A DNA stretch of 64,000 nt from Geosiphon pyriformis uo1 (taxonomy: Eukaryota; Fungi; Glomeromycota), in the NCBI GenBank assembly GCA_016748015.1, contig JAAOMT010000672.1:443094-507093 (forward strand). Reading direction: 5' to 3'. A model generated the notes under the pieces. That model saw only the letters and a list, made by a program, of their open reading frames with translations, did no database searches and was not told where the DNA came from. The position numbers and the translations under genes were made by a program. This document shows positions 1-12,882 of the stretch, one piece after another. How positions within the stretch are numbered: the first letter of the stretch is position 1; every line of letters begins with the position of its first letter.

Positions 1-3000
1 ATTTTAACTTCTTATCTCACGATCTCAGTAGCTTATTGAAATGTTGGAATTTTTAATGTTGGAATTTTTACAAATTTTAGCAGCAAGATCGTCATATTTT
101 GCTAGTGATTCGGTTAAAGACAAAATGATGCTATTGTTTTCCCTAAAACCAACATCTTTGTAGTGGCTTATATGTTTCTTTTGTATGGAATATTTTATTC
201 ACACTATTCAATTTTTCGCTTTTTTTTTATAGATATATTTACATTGATAAAATTTAAATGATCCTTTTTTATGATTGTATCATTAATTTAGTTCCTGAAT
301 TATGAGTCATAATATTTCCTAAAACATTTGCAAAACATATTTTTTAAAGAATCATACTTAAAAACATGGAGGCATAATTTTATTATTAACAGAAGCTTAA
401 AACATTGATCAAAAAATTATTATAAAAAGCAATAGAGTTATCAATAATCAATTATAAAAATCTATAAATATTTTTCTAAAACAAAAATGTTATTTATTTT
501 ACACAAATAATAAGTTAATCTGTTCAAATATTTATAATTGAAATCAATTAAAAACCTCCCGATTAAATTAGAAAATTTCGAAGATCCCCTTTATAAAAAA
601 AAACAGGAAAGCGATGTCAACTAAAACTCTTTTAGTTATTTAGAAGGCATTGTTAATTCTGGATATTCTTTTCTTTTTGCTTATACTTGATTCATTTTGC
701 TTATACTTGATTCGTTTTGCTGGAGTGAGTTGAACTGGAAGAACATTTATATGATCATTGTTTAATGAATTTTTATTCATCCTTTTGGCAGTTAAGAATA
801 CATCGGTCTATATATTAAAGGTAAAATTTTTTTAATAGTGAAACATTATAAATATTAATACTTATTAATTCTTACCTCAAAATTCATCAATTAAATTAAA
901 TCTTTAGCAAAAGTTTCAAAATCTTCAAAACAAATTGGTATCTTCATAGAAAGGAATTCATCAAGTAAGTAAATTGATGGAAGTGGTCGGATTAAGTATT
1001 TGATATTAATGTAGCCATCTATAATCAAAAAATATATAAATGTAAGTAAAAATATTATTATTTGATTATTTGATTNNNNNNNNNNNNNNNNNNNNATAAA
1101 TTAAAAAATAAATTAAAAATGATAAATTAGAAAATAAATTAAGAACGATAAATTAAAATATAAATTAAAAATAAATTAAAAACGAAATTAAAGATAAGTT
1201 AAAAAATAAATATATAATACTTACCAATGAGTAAAAATTTGTATGATCTTAATAAAAGTAAGGATCAAACCTCCACTTATAAATGATTTGCGAACAAGAG
1301 TTAGAATTTGGTTTCTATTACTCGCTGCTTTAGTAAATTGACTGATATATTGTCGAAATTTGTTCGTTTGATTCCATAATTGTCTTTTGAATATATCACT
1401 TAACCAATAATTTTGATCAAGATCAAAATTTGAATTAATTGTTTTTTTTATTTCTCTATTAAAAATATCAATTTCTTTCTTTTCGTTGATACTCTTTCAG
1501 GAATTCAAATAATTTTCACTTTCATTCTCACTATTACTTTTGTTCAAGTATGGAATCAACGAACGAATTTCGACAATATATCAGTCAATTTACTAAAGCA
1601 GCGAGTAATAGAAACCAAATTCTAACTCTTGTTCGCAAATCATTTATAAGTGGAGGTTTGATCCTTACTTTTATTAAGATCATACAAATTTTTACTCATT
1701 GGTAAGTATTATATATTTATTTTTTAACTTATCTTTAATTTCGTTTTTAATTTATTTTTAATTTATATTTTAATTTATCGTTCTTAATTTATTTTCTAAT
1801 TTATCATTTTTAATTTATTTTTTAATTTATCGTTTTTAATTTATTTTTTGCTTTATCATTTTTATATTATTTTTAAATTTATTATTTTTAATTTATTGTT
1901 TTTCTAATTTAATTATAGTTTATTTTTTGATTTATTGTTTTTAATTTATTTAATTTTTAATTTTAATTTTTCTTTTAGCTCGGTTCGATTAGAAGCTCCT
2001 ATAGCCTATGAAGCAGAGTATTATAATTTGGAGAGTACATTTGCAATCGATACGATTATCTATATTATGACACGTTTATTTCATATGCATATGAATCTTT
2101 TGGATATTGGATAATAATTTTAAATTAATGTTTATTTATTTATTTATATTTTATTTAGGATTGAATTAATGACATCAAATACAAGAAAACACAAATTTGA
2201 TGGAATATTAAAAGTAATAAAAACAAAAAAGAATAATCAAGTAATTATTCTGTTTGAATTTTCTAAAGGAAGAAAACGACAGCAAGAAAAGAAAAGGAAG
2301 ATTCTATTAAATTATCCAGAAATGCGATGAGAATTTCAAAAAAAATGTTAAAGACCATTCCTAAAGAACAAGCGATGGTTTATATGATACAATCAGTCAG
2401 TAAGTATTAAAATTATTAATCAAATAATCAAATAATAATATTTTTACTTACATTTATATATTTTTTGATTATAGATGGCTACATTAATATCAAATACTTA
2501 ATCCGACCACTTCCATCAATTTACTTACTTGATGAATTCCTTTCTATGAAGATACCAATTTGTTTTGAAGATTTTGAAACTTTTGCTAAAGATTTAATTT
2601 AATTGATGAATTTTGAGGTAAGAATTAATAAGTATTAATATTTATAATGTTTCACTATTAAAAAAATTTTACCTTTAATATATAGACCGATGTATTCTTA
2701 ACTGCCAAAAGGATGAATAAAAATTCATTAAACAATGATCATATAAATGTTCTTCCAGTTCAACTCACTCCAGCAAAACGAATCAAGTATAAGCAAAATG
2801 AATCAAGTATAAGCAAAAAGAAAAGAATATCCAGAATTAACAATGCCTTCTAAATAACTAAAAGAGTTTTAGTTGACATCGCTTTCCTGTTTTTTTTTAT
2901 AAAGGGGATCTTCGAAATTTTCTAATTTAATCGGGAGGTTTTTAATTGATTTCAATTATAAATATTTGAACAGATTAACTTATTATTTGTGTAAAATAAA

Positions 3001-3492
3001 TAACATTTTTGTTTTAGAAAAATATTTATAGATTTTTATAATTGATTATTGATAACTCTATTGCTTTTTATAATAATTTTTTGATCAATGTTTTAAGCTT
3101 CTGTTAATAATAAAATTATGCCTCCATGTTTTTAAGTATGATTCTTTAAAAAATATGTTTTGCAAATGTTTTAGGAAATATTATGACTCATAATTCAGGA
3201 ACTAAATTAATGATACAATCATAAAAAAGGATCATTTAAATTTTATCAATGTAAATATATCTATAAAAAAAAAGCGAAAAATTGAATAGTGTGAATAAAA
3301 TATTCCATACAAAAGAAACATATAAGCCACTACAAAGATGTTGGTTTTAGGGAAAACAATAGCATCATTTTGTCTTTAACCGAATCACTAGCAAAATATG
3401 ACGATCTTGCTGCTAAAATTTGTAAAAATTCCAACATTAAAAATTCCAACATTTCAATAAGCTACTGAGATCGTGAGATAAGAAGTTAAAAT
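1..3492. repeat. Large fold-back inverted repeat (arms 1-1075/2418-3492 and 1096-1378/1549-1830; 20-N gap at 1076-1095; ~170 bp loop)
   Basis: Position i pairs with 3493-i across 1-1075 (ATTTTAACTTCTTATCTC at 1 vs GAGATAAGAAGTTAAAAT ending 3492). 1096 pairs with 1830. Arms look identical by eye except near the loop. Confidence 0.95.
1549..2853 (+). pseudogene. Multi-exon pseudogene or fragment, possible PD-(D/E)xK (REase-fold) protein; mirror copy on minus strand at ~640-1548
   Basis: GT..AG introns (donors ~1702, ~2400, ~2618) separate coding-like exons: FRQYISQFTKAASNRNQILTLVRKSF; KHKFDGILKV..IILFEFSKG; YLIRPLPSIYLLDEF..IPICFEDFETF. Stops and frameshifts present. Confidence 0.5.
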
Positions 3493-4689
3493 ATTGATAA
3501 TTTAAAATATATTTTGGACAAAACCACTTGAATTTTATACAAATATTTATATTGTAAAATAGTATCTGCTCCTTAACTTGGGTTATTTTATCCAGGAAAG
3601 CTAGAGAATTTGCAAAGATTATTTCTCAAAAGAAATAGTTTTATCATTATTAAATATTATTTGAGACCAATTGAATTGGAAGGCAAAATTTTAAACTTAT
3701 ATTAATCTATGAATTAACCATAAAGAATCCCTTAAAAATGTTATTAAATAATAGACGCATATTATGTTATTAGTTAATTGTAATTTTTTAATAAAATGTT
3801 TATAATTTTGTAAAGTTTGAGGATTTTCAAAAAGTTTTTATTTATTTTCTTGAAAAGCTTTGAAAAAAAATTGGAAAATGTAAAATTGTTTTTAAAAATT
3901 TTTATTACAAGTCGAAATTCTTAAGCATAACAAAATCTTGATTAGCATATGAATATTAATTAAATAGAAATTCAAGTATAAAATTTTTAATCATTGATTA
4001 CAAAAAAATATTATATATTAATGCATTTTTTCATATCAAATTTAGATTTATATAAAATAAAATATTAATTTTAGGCAAAAGACAAATTATTGCATAAGAT
4101 AAAAAAATATAATTTTATTATTACATATTTTATTTTTTATAAAAAAAAGTGATTATTAAATTATTACTATTTATGTTCAATACTAATTATTTTTTTATTC
4201 AACTTTTATTCTTGATATTATTATTTTGTATATTGTTAAATTATCGAAAAAAACTAGACAATGAAAAATTTATAAAAATGATAACTTTAGCACATACAAC
4301 ATTTCAAAGTTAACAACTAGGAGATTATGGCAAAATTATGATAAAATCTATACCTGAAGCATGTAAAAGCAAAATGAGAGGACTAACTTTATCTATAGTT
4401 GATTGATTTAATCAATGTGAACCCTTTATTTAGCAAAGAAATTTAAATTTTTATGATTTGATTAAAACATTCTTTGAAAAGAACAGTTGTCAATATTTTA
4501 CTTTTGGAAAAATTTATTCAAGTCAACCTTGAAATACACCAACTTGACATTTCAAAATTTCGAATAAATTCTTATTACATTATTGGCCTAAATTATTGAA
4601 ATGGTCAAAAATTTTTTAAAAAAATGATCGTTTAAAAAAAGATGACACCGGAAATATCCAAAAAAACGGGACAAAGACATCCATTCCAT

Positions 4690-5080
4690 TCACAAAAAGA
4701 ACTATATTAGATCAGTCAACTATTTCAAAGACATTTGAAAGTATTTAGCCATAAAAAAACCTTATTAGTTACCCCCAACGTTTAAAGAAAACAAAGAAAA
4801 CGAGTTGAAGGGGTATAGAAAACATCGAAATGATGGAAAGATTTTGCCACTAAAAGAACAACATGTTTGTTTTGTTTTTGGAAGGATAATGACAGGTATT
4901 TATTATGTAAAAATTCTATGAAAAAGCCTTCCAAAAGTTAAAAATGATAGGCACTCCAACAAGATAATTACTGTAAACACACCTGTGGTGATGCCAAGAA
5001 ATTCTTTCAAGAGAATGTTCCTGAACTCATAAACTGGTCATAGAATTGTCCTGATTTAAACCTATTTTTAGATTTGTGGA
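4690..5080 (+). mobile_element. Tc1/mariner transposase remnant
   Basis: 4957-5079 reads QQDNYCKHTCGDAKKFFQENVPELINWS*NCPDLNLFLDLW, matching the Tc1 QQDNDPKH...WPxxSPDLNPIENLW motif. Left boundary approximate. Confidence 0.8.
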
Positions 5081-5926
5081 GGTTTCTATACTAGACGTTT
5101 TAAGGCTATAATGGAGAACATATGAATTTTCCGGCTGTTATAATTGAGCTATTGAGGTTGTAGAGTTATAATGAATTCATAATTCCAATTATTTCTTATA
5201 CAATTAAATAATCTGAGCATATTTGAAATTTTTGAATTGTATAAAGCTCCACCTCATGATTATTTTTAACGACGTATTAATTAAACAATTAATAGCCGTC
5301 TTTCAGAAAAGATGAAAAAAATCATGGAATCCATATCTCACTGTCCCTCATTATTTTTAAAACAATAAAAAAAATTTCACAAGACAAAGAATAATTAATT
5401 TAACACTGACACTTATGACTAGATAATGGGATGAAAAGTTTTACGATGGGGAAATTATTTTCATTGAACGGATGATTACAGTTTTCTCAATAACAATCAC
5501 AAAACTCTATGCAGTGATATCATTCATGATTACATACATATATATATAATGAAACAGATTGTGAATATTCGAATATGCATCTTAATAATCTTTAAACATT
5601 TTGATTTTCATCTAGAACCATTTTTAATAATGAATAAAAAAACATCCTTATCATCTTTACCATCTTTTGATCACAATTGAAAAGTGGCTTTTGATTTACA
5701 TGAATTTGTTAATGATTCTATTAAAACAAACATTAGGCAAATGTCACAGCAAACAGATGTTTTAGAATTTTCATTGGCGATTGAAGAATGTGCTAACTTT
5801 TAAATAGTGACAAGGGTCATTGTAAATTTTTAATTTTAAAATTGGCTTGTGAAAACTCTCTTTCATAAAAACTATTGTAAAAACATATTTTCCAACGAAA
5901 TTTCATTATATAATAACAATCAAAAA

Positions 5927-5929
<3 letters not shown>

Positions 5930-5962
<33 letters not shown>
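5930..5962. repeat. (TAA)n microsatellite
   Basis: Direct reading. Confidence 0.9.
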
Positions 5963-5964
<2 letters not shown>

Positions 5965-8531
5965 TTTTCCATTATAGTGAATTTTATTTTCTATCATCTA
6001 TTTTTTGATTATTGAACCGGATCTAATCGTAATCATTGATGGTAAGGCTTATCAATCGGATGATCCAAAAAACCTCAATAAAACGAAGGCAAATTTTTTT
6101 TCTCAATGAATTATGAAAAGAAAACGAACTTATATTGATTACACCATAGGAAGAAGAAAAATAAAAAGGTATTTTTTACCCACGCTTTGGAAATTTTTAC
6201 TTTAATCTTTAAAAGCTAATAGCTTTTTCGGTGCTCCGCTTAGGTTTATTATATTTGATGGTAAAATATTTACAAGAGATTTATCATAAATAACGGAAAA
6301 TATATTTTACCCAAGGTAATTTTCCTTAACTTTTTGAACATTAATGAACGAAATTTTAGAAGGAACGAATGAACGAAAATCTGATGTGACTTTTTTCATA
6401 ATTATTCTTCACAGAATTAGCAATGAATAGGTTTGAAATACATAGGCAGCTTACTGCCTTGTTTACTCTACTCTCTGCTGAGGTTAGAGAGTTGAATATT
6501 AGTCGTATTTTATTCAAGATTTTCCGAAACTGATAATTCAGTTTGAGTTTGATTTTGCGAGAATTATTCCGCTTTTTTAACGTATTTTGATTTCATAACA
6601 TGTGGTTAGTAGTTAAACGAAGGAATTAATTTCCATGTAAATATAAATTTTTAAAATTAATATGATGAATATATTTAGAAAAACAAATATATTTTAGTCA
6701 CGTTTAATTGATACTTATGAGAAATTGAAACTTTTTAAAGTTTTTAAAAGAGTTTTTCATATGCAAATATATATAAAGAAAAAGACGGATTGAATATATA
6801 TTTAATTAAAATTTCAAATGGAAAAATTACAACTATTTTAAGCGTTTGTCTGTTCATTATAAAAAATATAAAGCTTTCTAAGAAATGATATTTTTTTTTT
6901 TTACAAGAGAACTTTAGTATTGATCAAAAATGATAATTAGCTTAGCCATAATTAGTGGAGGTGATCATGAGAGGGAGTCTAATTCCCACAAAATCATAAA
7001 TATAATAACCAATTGAAAACCTTTCCCCTTTCTCTGCTGCTGCTGCTGCTGCTTGACATAAACAAAAATGGGAAATTCTAGAAAGTGTAAATCACATCTC
7101 TATTAATATATTATCGTTATTTAACTCTCAAAAGCAATAAGTAATCAACAATATTAAATAGAATTAAACTTTGATAAATGTTATCAAGTTTTAAGCATGA
7201 TTTGGGATTAAGATTAAGATTACTTGTTTTATGATTCATTCATCTAGTGTTTGATGAGAGATAAATTAGAGGTGTAATGTAAAATTTTTTTTGGTCATTA
7301 GCCAAGTTAAACAAAACGGAATTAAGCTTATCAGTGAGAAAATTTATTTATGAGCTCTTTTGTTTATATCTTTGTTCTCCCAGTCTAAGATACAGTATAC
7401 AAACAAGGATCAGCGAATTTCTTCGTGTGTGAAATACCCCAAACTTTTTTTTCCCAAAGGGTAAATTCTTGGATTTTGGGATCTTTTTAATAAAAAAAAC
7501 CTGAAAAAGTGTTTAGACAAGAATTTAACCAAAATTTTTTTCAAATAAAAGAGATTTTACTCAAATGAAATTTTTTATAAAGTTGTCATATGATTATGGA
7601 AAGGTCATAAACAAGTGTTTTTGCATAAAGTGATGCATCAAATTTTTTAACCAAGGCACCATCAGTTTTTAGTAATATCTCAAGTACGATCAAATGAATG
7701 TGATCAGTATTAAACTTGACTCTTCATGAAATGAGTCCAAGGCAAAAAAGAATTCAACGGAAAAGAATATTTTTATAATTTTGCGAATAAATCAACTCGC
7801 TTTAAAATATCGAGGTGGTTTTTTTAAAACTTGTGATTTAATTAGTAGTAGCAATTAGACTAGAAATTAAATTTAGTAATCGAAACTAGTTTTATCCCCA
7901 TTAATTATTCAAACTATGTCTGCGATTTTTAAAATAGATTAGGGGTATTTGTTATTCTTAAACTCCGTTTTGATTTCGGATAAAAATAGTCAAGATTCCT
8001 TTTTGCAAAGCTTTAACATTTTAGCTTTGATTAAAATAATACACACGCAAACCATTTAACATCATATATTTTATTTCAAAAATAAGGATGAATAAGTCAC
8101 ATAATTTTAATTCCAATTATATTAATTCGTTCAGGGGCCTTTTTTTAACGGGTTTAATTCGTTAATCAAGCTTCTATGTTTAACTGTTGTTCTCAAGTTT
8201 TCATTGGCTAAATTTAGTAGAATTTTTTTGTGTTCAAGAATTACGACAGAATTAGAACAAGGAGTTGGTTTCAAAATTTTTTAAAAATAATAATTTTTGA
8301 CCTATTTATTCGAAATTTTCAGACATATCTTTTTAATTATAAAATTGTTTTGGAATTTATACATTTTTCAATCCTATAAAATCTTTTTTTGGGTAATATA
8401 TATATATATATATTTGTTAATTTTAGTTATTTGAAGAAAAAAAAAAACAAATTCCCTATTTAAATTTTGAAAAAAACTGTCTTCAAATATATTCATTCAT
8501 CTATCCCAAATATAATTTTATGTGCTTGTTT

Positions 8532-9350
8532 TTATTTTTCTAACCTGTATTTCATTTCCAATTCTGTGATCAATTCCCCAACCTCATGTTGAAATCGTTG
8601 TCGAAAATATACGATACGATCACGCGAAGCAATAATAACATTTGCCATCTTTTCTTTTTTAGCCTCTTCACAAGCTCTATTCCCGACATCAATCATAATA
8701 TCTGTTCGATTCAATTCACGCCTTAAAGTCCAAAGAAGTCTCCGGTTCTTGTCTTGAATCGCCATATATTCCGCTGCATCATCATCGATCCCAGGAAGCC
8801 AATATCTTCTCCCACTTGCAGAGTCAAATAGTCGAGGTATTCCCATATATGACATGGTTCGTAAAAGTTTTTCTGAATATGCCCATTTCACTTTTAATTC
8901 AGCCTCGCTATGTTTAAAATATTTCTTGAATTGTATCAGTATTATCAAAATTTCATGAAAGGTACAATTTCAATTGAAATTCGTTTACCTTATTGTTCTC
9001 TCGTTTATACAGGGTTCACAGGATCTAACTTGAAATTCCCAATAAACTTTAACATGTTGACGATTCTTTTCTTTGCAAAACTGACAGCCATTTTCCAGAT
9101 TTGCTAATTGTACATATGATCTTTCATTCATATTTGGAGGTGGTGGTAGTTGTAGGTCTGGCAACATGATCAAACGTGATGCACGCCATATAGCTTCACT
9201 CGATGAAGAGTCAAAAGTGCATAAAAAACCTCGAAACCGACGATTTACTTGTGAGAGACTGACCAGGTCTATTGGAGATAAATTTTTACATGTTTCAACG
9301 AACAATTCTGGCGGCATCGTTACGATGCTTGCTCGATTTTCATCTGCCAT
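8532..9350 (-). CDS. F-box protein with CxxC...CxxC zinc motif, 2 exons (9350-8989, 8907-8532)
   Basis: N-terminal MPPELFVETCKNLSPIDLVSLSQVNRRFR F-box pattern; CQFC...CEPC; 81-bp GT-AG intron 8988-8908 joins the two ORF-track ORFs in frame (TIS|EAELK). Confidence 0.88.
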
Positions 9351-10191
9351 GATTTTGTCTTGATAAAAATTATGAACTTTGATGTGATGATAGTTTTAAA
9401 AATATCTGATTTCAGCGAAAATTTTTAGCTTGGATGAATCCAATCAAAAAAAAATTAAAATCAATCAATCAATCACCAAAGGAATATGAAGGAAAAAAGT
9501 TCAAAAAAAAATTTTAAACAAAAAATTTTCAAAAAGAGAAAGGCTCAATATTTGTATCTCACACAATAATTAAAAACGAAATCTCTCAAACAGTCAGCCA
9601 CTTTCGGAATTCAGTCCAGACTCGAGAGGCTGTACAATTGTATCGTCATCTCCCATGCAACTGATCATACAAAGAAATTCGATATTGTTGCAGGGTCACA
9701 TTTTTGTCTCAGAGACTAAAGAATACAAATCAACACGCATTTTTTTTTTTCAATTGTTCCAATTTGGTGTTAATCGTCCGAAGAGCAAGATCATGAACAG
9801 AAACTTGACTGTAATACTTTTTATTGACCGTTATACTTTTTATTGACCGTTTATAATTGTGTGTGCTATAGCACATCAAACCACTTTTGATTCACTTGCC
9901 AACTCCTGATTTTACAGCATTTCGGCCATTACCTTTTCTTAATAAATTCCATTGAAATAAACTTTTGCTAAAGTTTTATGCATTCGTTTTTAATGTTTTT
10001 TAGCAAAAAAAAAATCAAAAGTCTTTCTCGACTTTTGTTCTTAAGTATGATCTCATTGAAATAATAATAAAGAAAATATTTTGATAAAAAATTATTATTT
10101 CCTATAAATTAAAGATGATGAGGGGGGTGTTGATGCATCCAAGTATATCTATGAAAAGGGTTCATTATGATTAATTTGCGCATTCAAAATG

Positions 10192-10193
10192 AA

Positions 10194-10228
<35 letters not shown>
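10192..10228. repeat. (AATA)n microsatellite
   Basis: Direct reading. Confidence 0.9.
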
Positions 10229-10229
<1 letters not shown>

Positions 10230-10545
10230 CAATGATTTTTAGAGAGAATGAAAATATAAAAATTATAAAAAATATACAAGGACATGCATTTATTCCAAAG
10301 ATTTTTTGATGCATTTCCATACTTTAAGTGGTTTCACAACTTTTATAATGTATCAAGTAAACTTCAAATAACAAGAACTTAACTTTTTCTCAAGCTATAA
10401 AAAAGTTAAATATCTGAGATAAAAAATATTTTAACCCTTTCATTATAAGAGAATTGGAAATTTTTATTCAGAAATTGGTAATGACCCGTCAATTCCTGAA
10501 ATTCACATTATAAATATATTAGGTATCTCCGAAGAATTCGGATTG

Positions 10546-10576
<31 letters not shown>

Positions 10577-11972
10577 ACTTCAAAGTATTTATTACTGTAC
10601 ACATTTGAATAAAAATTTAAAAATGATTTTATCAAAAGTTTCCGCGCGTATCAAATGAAAAAAGTACACTAAAAACTTAATTATTCCATTCGTGCATAAG
10701 ATTGTCCAAAAATTTTATCCCAGCCTCTCATTTTATGCAACTTTCCGTGAAAGTAGTAGAGCCTAATGATTTAGCCAATCTGCAGTGTTCTACCCATACA
10801 GAATCTAGAAACTAGCATAAACTTACATTGCATTGAATTTCGCTCTTACTTTCAAAATGTTGCAATGTGAAAAAAAAAAAAAAAAAAATAGTTAAATTTG
10901 ACTGATGATTTCTTTTTGGCCTATAATGGCAATGGAATTCCTTATACCACAGTACTAAAGGGTACTTGTGTATTCTTAATCTTATGCAGGAGAGGTAAAT
11001 CGGGATAAATGAAATCGCCGTTTATATAATTATGATTTCATTTTCCCCGTTTTTTTTTTTTTTTTTAAGGATTTCTAAAATTTCAAAGTAAAATCGTAAT
11101 CTTTTTATATGCTGATAAAAGTTATTAGTTTGGAGCAATCTCTTTTTCTGAATCTCTAAAATGTTTTTACGTGATGTTTTTCATGAAGGATTTCATCTTG
11201 ACTCCTTTGAATTTATTTCTGACTTGAACTTTTTTTTTTAAAATCTACAAGTTATTAAATCTTTAAACCTAAGCTTTTCTTTATTCATCCTTACCAAATC
11301 CGCTTAAAATGTTATTGGTATCATTTATTCATCGTGTTTTGAGAGATTTAAAATAGATGTGATGAGCTTTTTGATTTAAGTAAGAACTGTGTATATAAAA
11401 AATTTGATTTATTATTTGTATACTTAATGCTTGAGCTCTCTATGTCAAATAAACTGTTTTATATATCGGGAGGTTCACCTTGGGCAGCTTTTAATAATTT
11501 ATTCTTATATTGAATGCTATAGGCAAAACTTTCAAAGTTCCCAGGTGGAAAGTATTAATATCTAAATCATGATAATTTATCTTAAATAAATAAAATGAAT
11601 TCAAAATTTTCAAGCATAGGTAAAAAGTAGAAAGTCTTTTAATTATCTACATATTTCTAATAAAAAAAAAACTGTTTTTTTTTTTTGATTTTGCAGACTT
11701 GCTAAAGTAGTCGCATTTAGATTTTTGTCACTTTCTCATCAAAAAGCCGATGATGCTAAAATGACGATATTGACCTTATTATTATTTTCATGATGGCATC
11801 AGGTGGCATCATACCATATGGTGGTGATCCTGAAATAATTTTAACTATCAATAAAGACGTCATAAATTGTTTATTGTTTATAAAGTCAAATTTTATAATA
11901 TTAATAAGCTTGGTGCAAGTATTAAATTAATTTTTACTCTAAAAAAAATCCAAAGTTCCTCTCATTAAAGAA

Positions 11973-12882
11973 ATGTTATCCAAAAGTAAGATTCGTCTTG
12001 ACACAATTCCGCTCAATTTATTCCAAGAAATTTGCAAATTCTTGTCAGGCGATGATCTTTTGGTTCTATCACAAGTGAACAAAGCATTTCAAAAAATTCT
12101 ATGTAACGAAGATGAATCACCATTGTTTGAGGCTATTTGGAAAGAAAATAGATTAAACTTTTTACCACATCTTAAACTACCGCCACCCCCCAATTTGAAT
12201 GAAAAAGTCTACGTGAATTTGGGACGATTAGATCGAGGTTGCCAATTTTGTCAAAAATCTGAAGGGGTAAAAATTCATTGGGAATTTCAAGTACGATGTT
12301 GCAAAACATGTTTTGCAATGTTGACTACTAAGTAAGCCAAATTTTGAGTAAATATTTACGATTCAGTTTTTTCGATTCACTAATATTCTAATCCTTAAAT
12401 CAATTTTTTATTGTGCTAATAGTTTCTTTGAACAGCAAAAAATATATGGCAAAGATTCACCTGAAGTCAAAGCGATACGAGAAATTTGTAAAATTCTTCC
12501 TCATCAATATAGCCCAAAATCAAATGATAAACGTTGGTGGATTCCTGACATCAATTCAGCTAAGTTTGAACTCGAGAAATTGAAAAGTAAAAATCAATTT
12601 GAACTCTGGAAATTACTTCGATTGCTGAACTCCTCAGATCGAATGATTGATGTCGCCTATCGCTCATTAGAAGCAGATGAGAGAAACTTTGACAATGAAA
12701 TAAATTTCGGAGAATCACTTTCGGGGAATAAATCGATTGATAAAAAGCAAGGTGCAGAAAATCAATCACTAAATGAACAAAAAGCCCAGAAAAATCGATC
12801 AATCGAATTGAAAATAATGCAAATACATCATTATAAAAGAATGAAGATTCATACTTTGAAGCGTATTCAAGATTTGTTTTAA
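11973..12882 (+). CDS. F-box protein with CxxC...CxxC motif, 2 exons (11973-12331, 12423-12882); paralog of 8532-9350
   Basis: IPLNLFQEICKFLSGDDLLVLSQVNKAF F-box; CQFC...CKTC; intron 12332-12422 (GTAAGC...GCTAATAG) splices in frame; KRWWIPDIN and SDRMIDVAYR match RRYWLPGID and TDIMIDVGNR of the paralog. Confidence 0.88.

Noticed and set aside
3590-3650. LRR-like peptide GKLENLQRLFLKRNSF
   Set aside because: Single isolated unit with no supporting frame.
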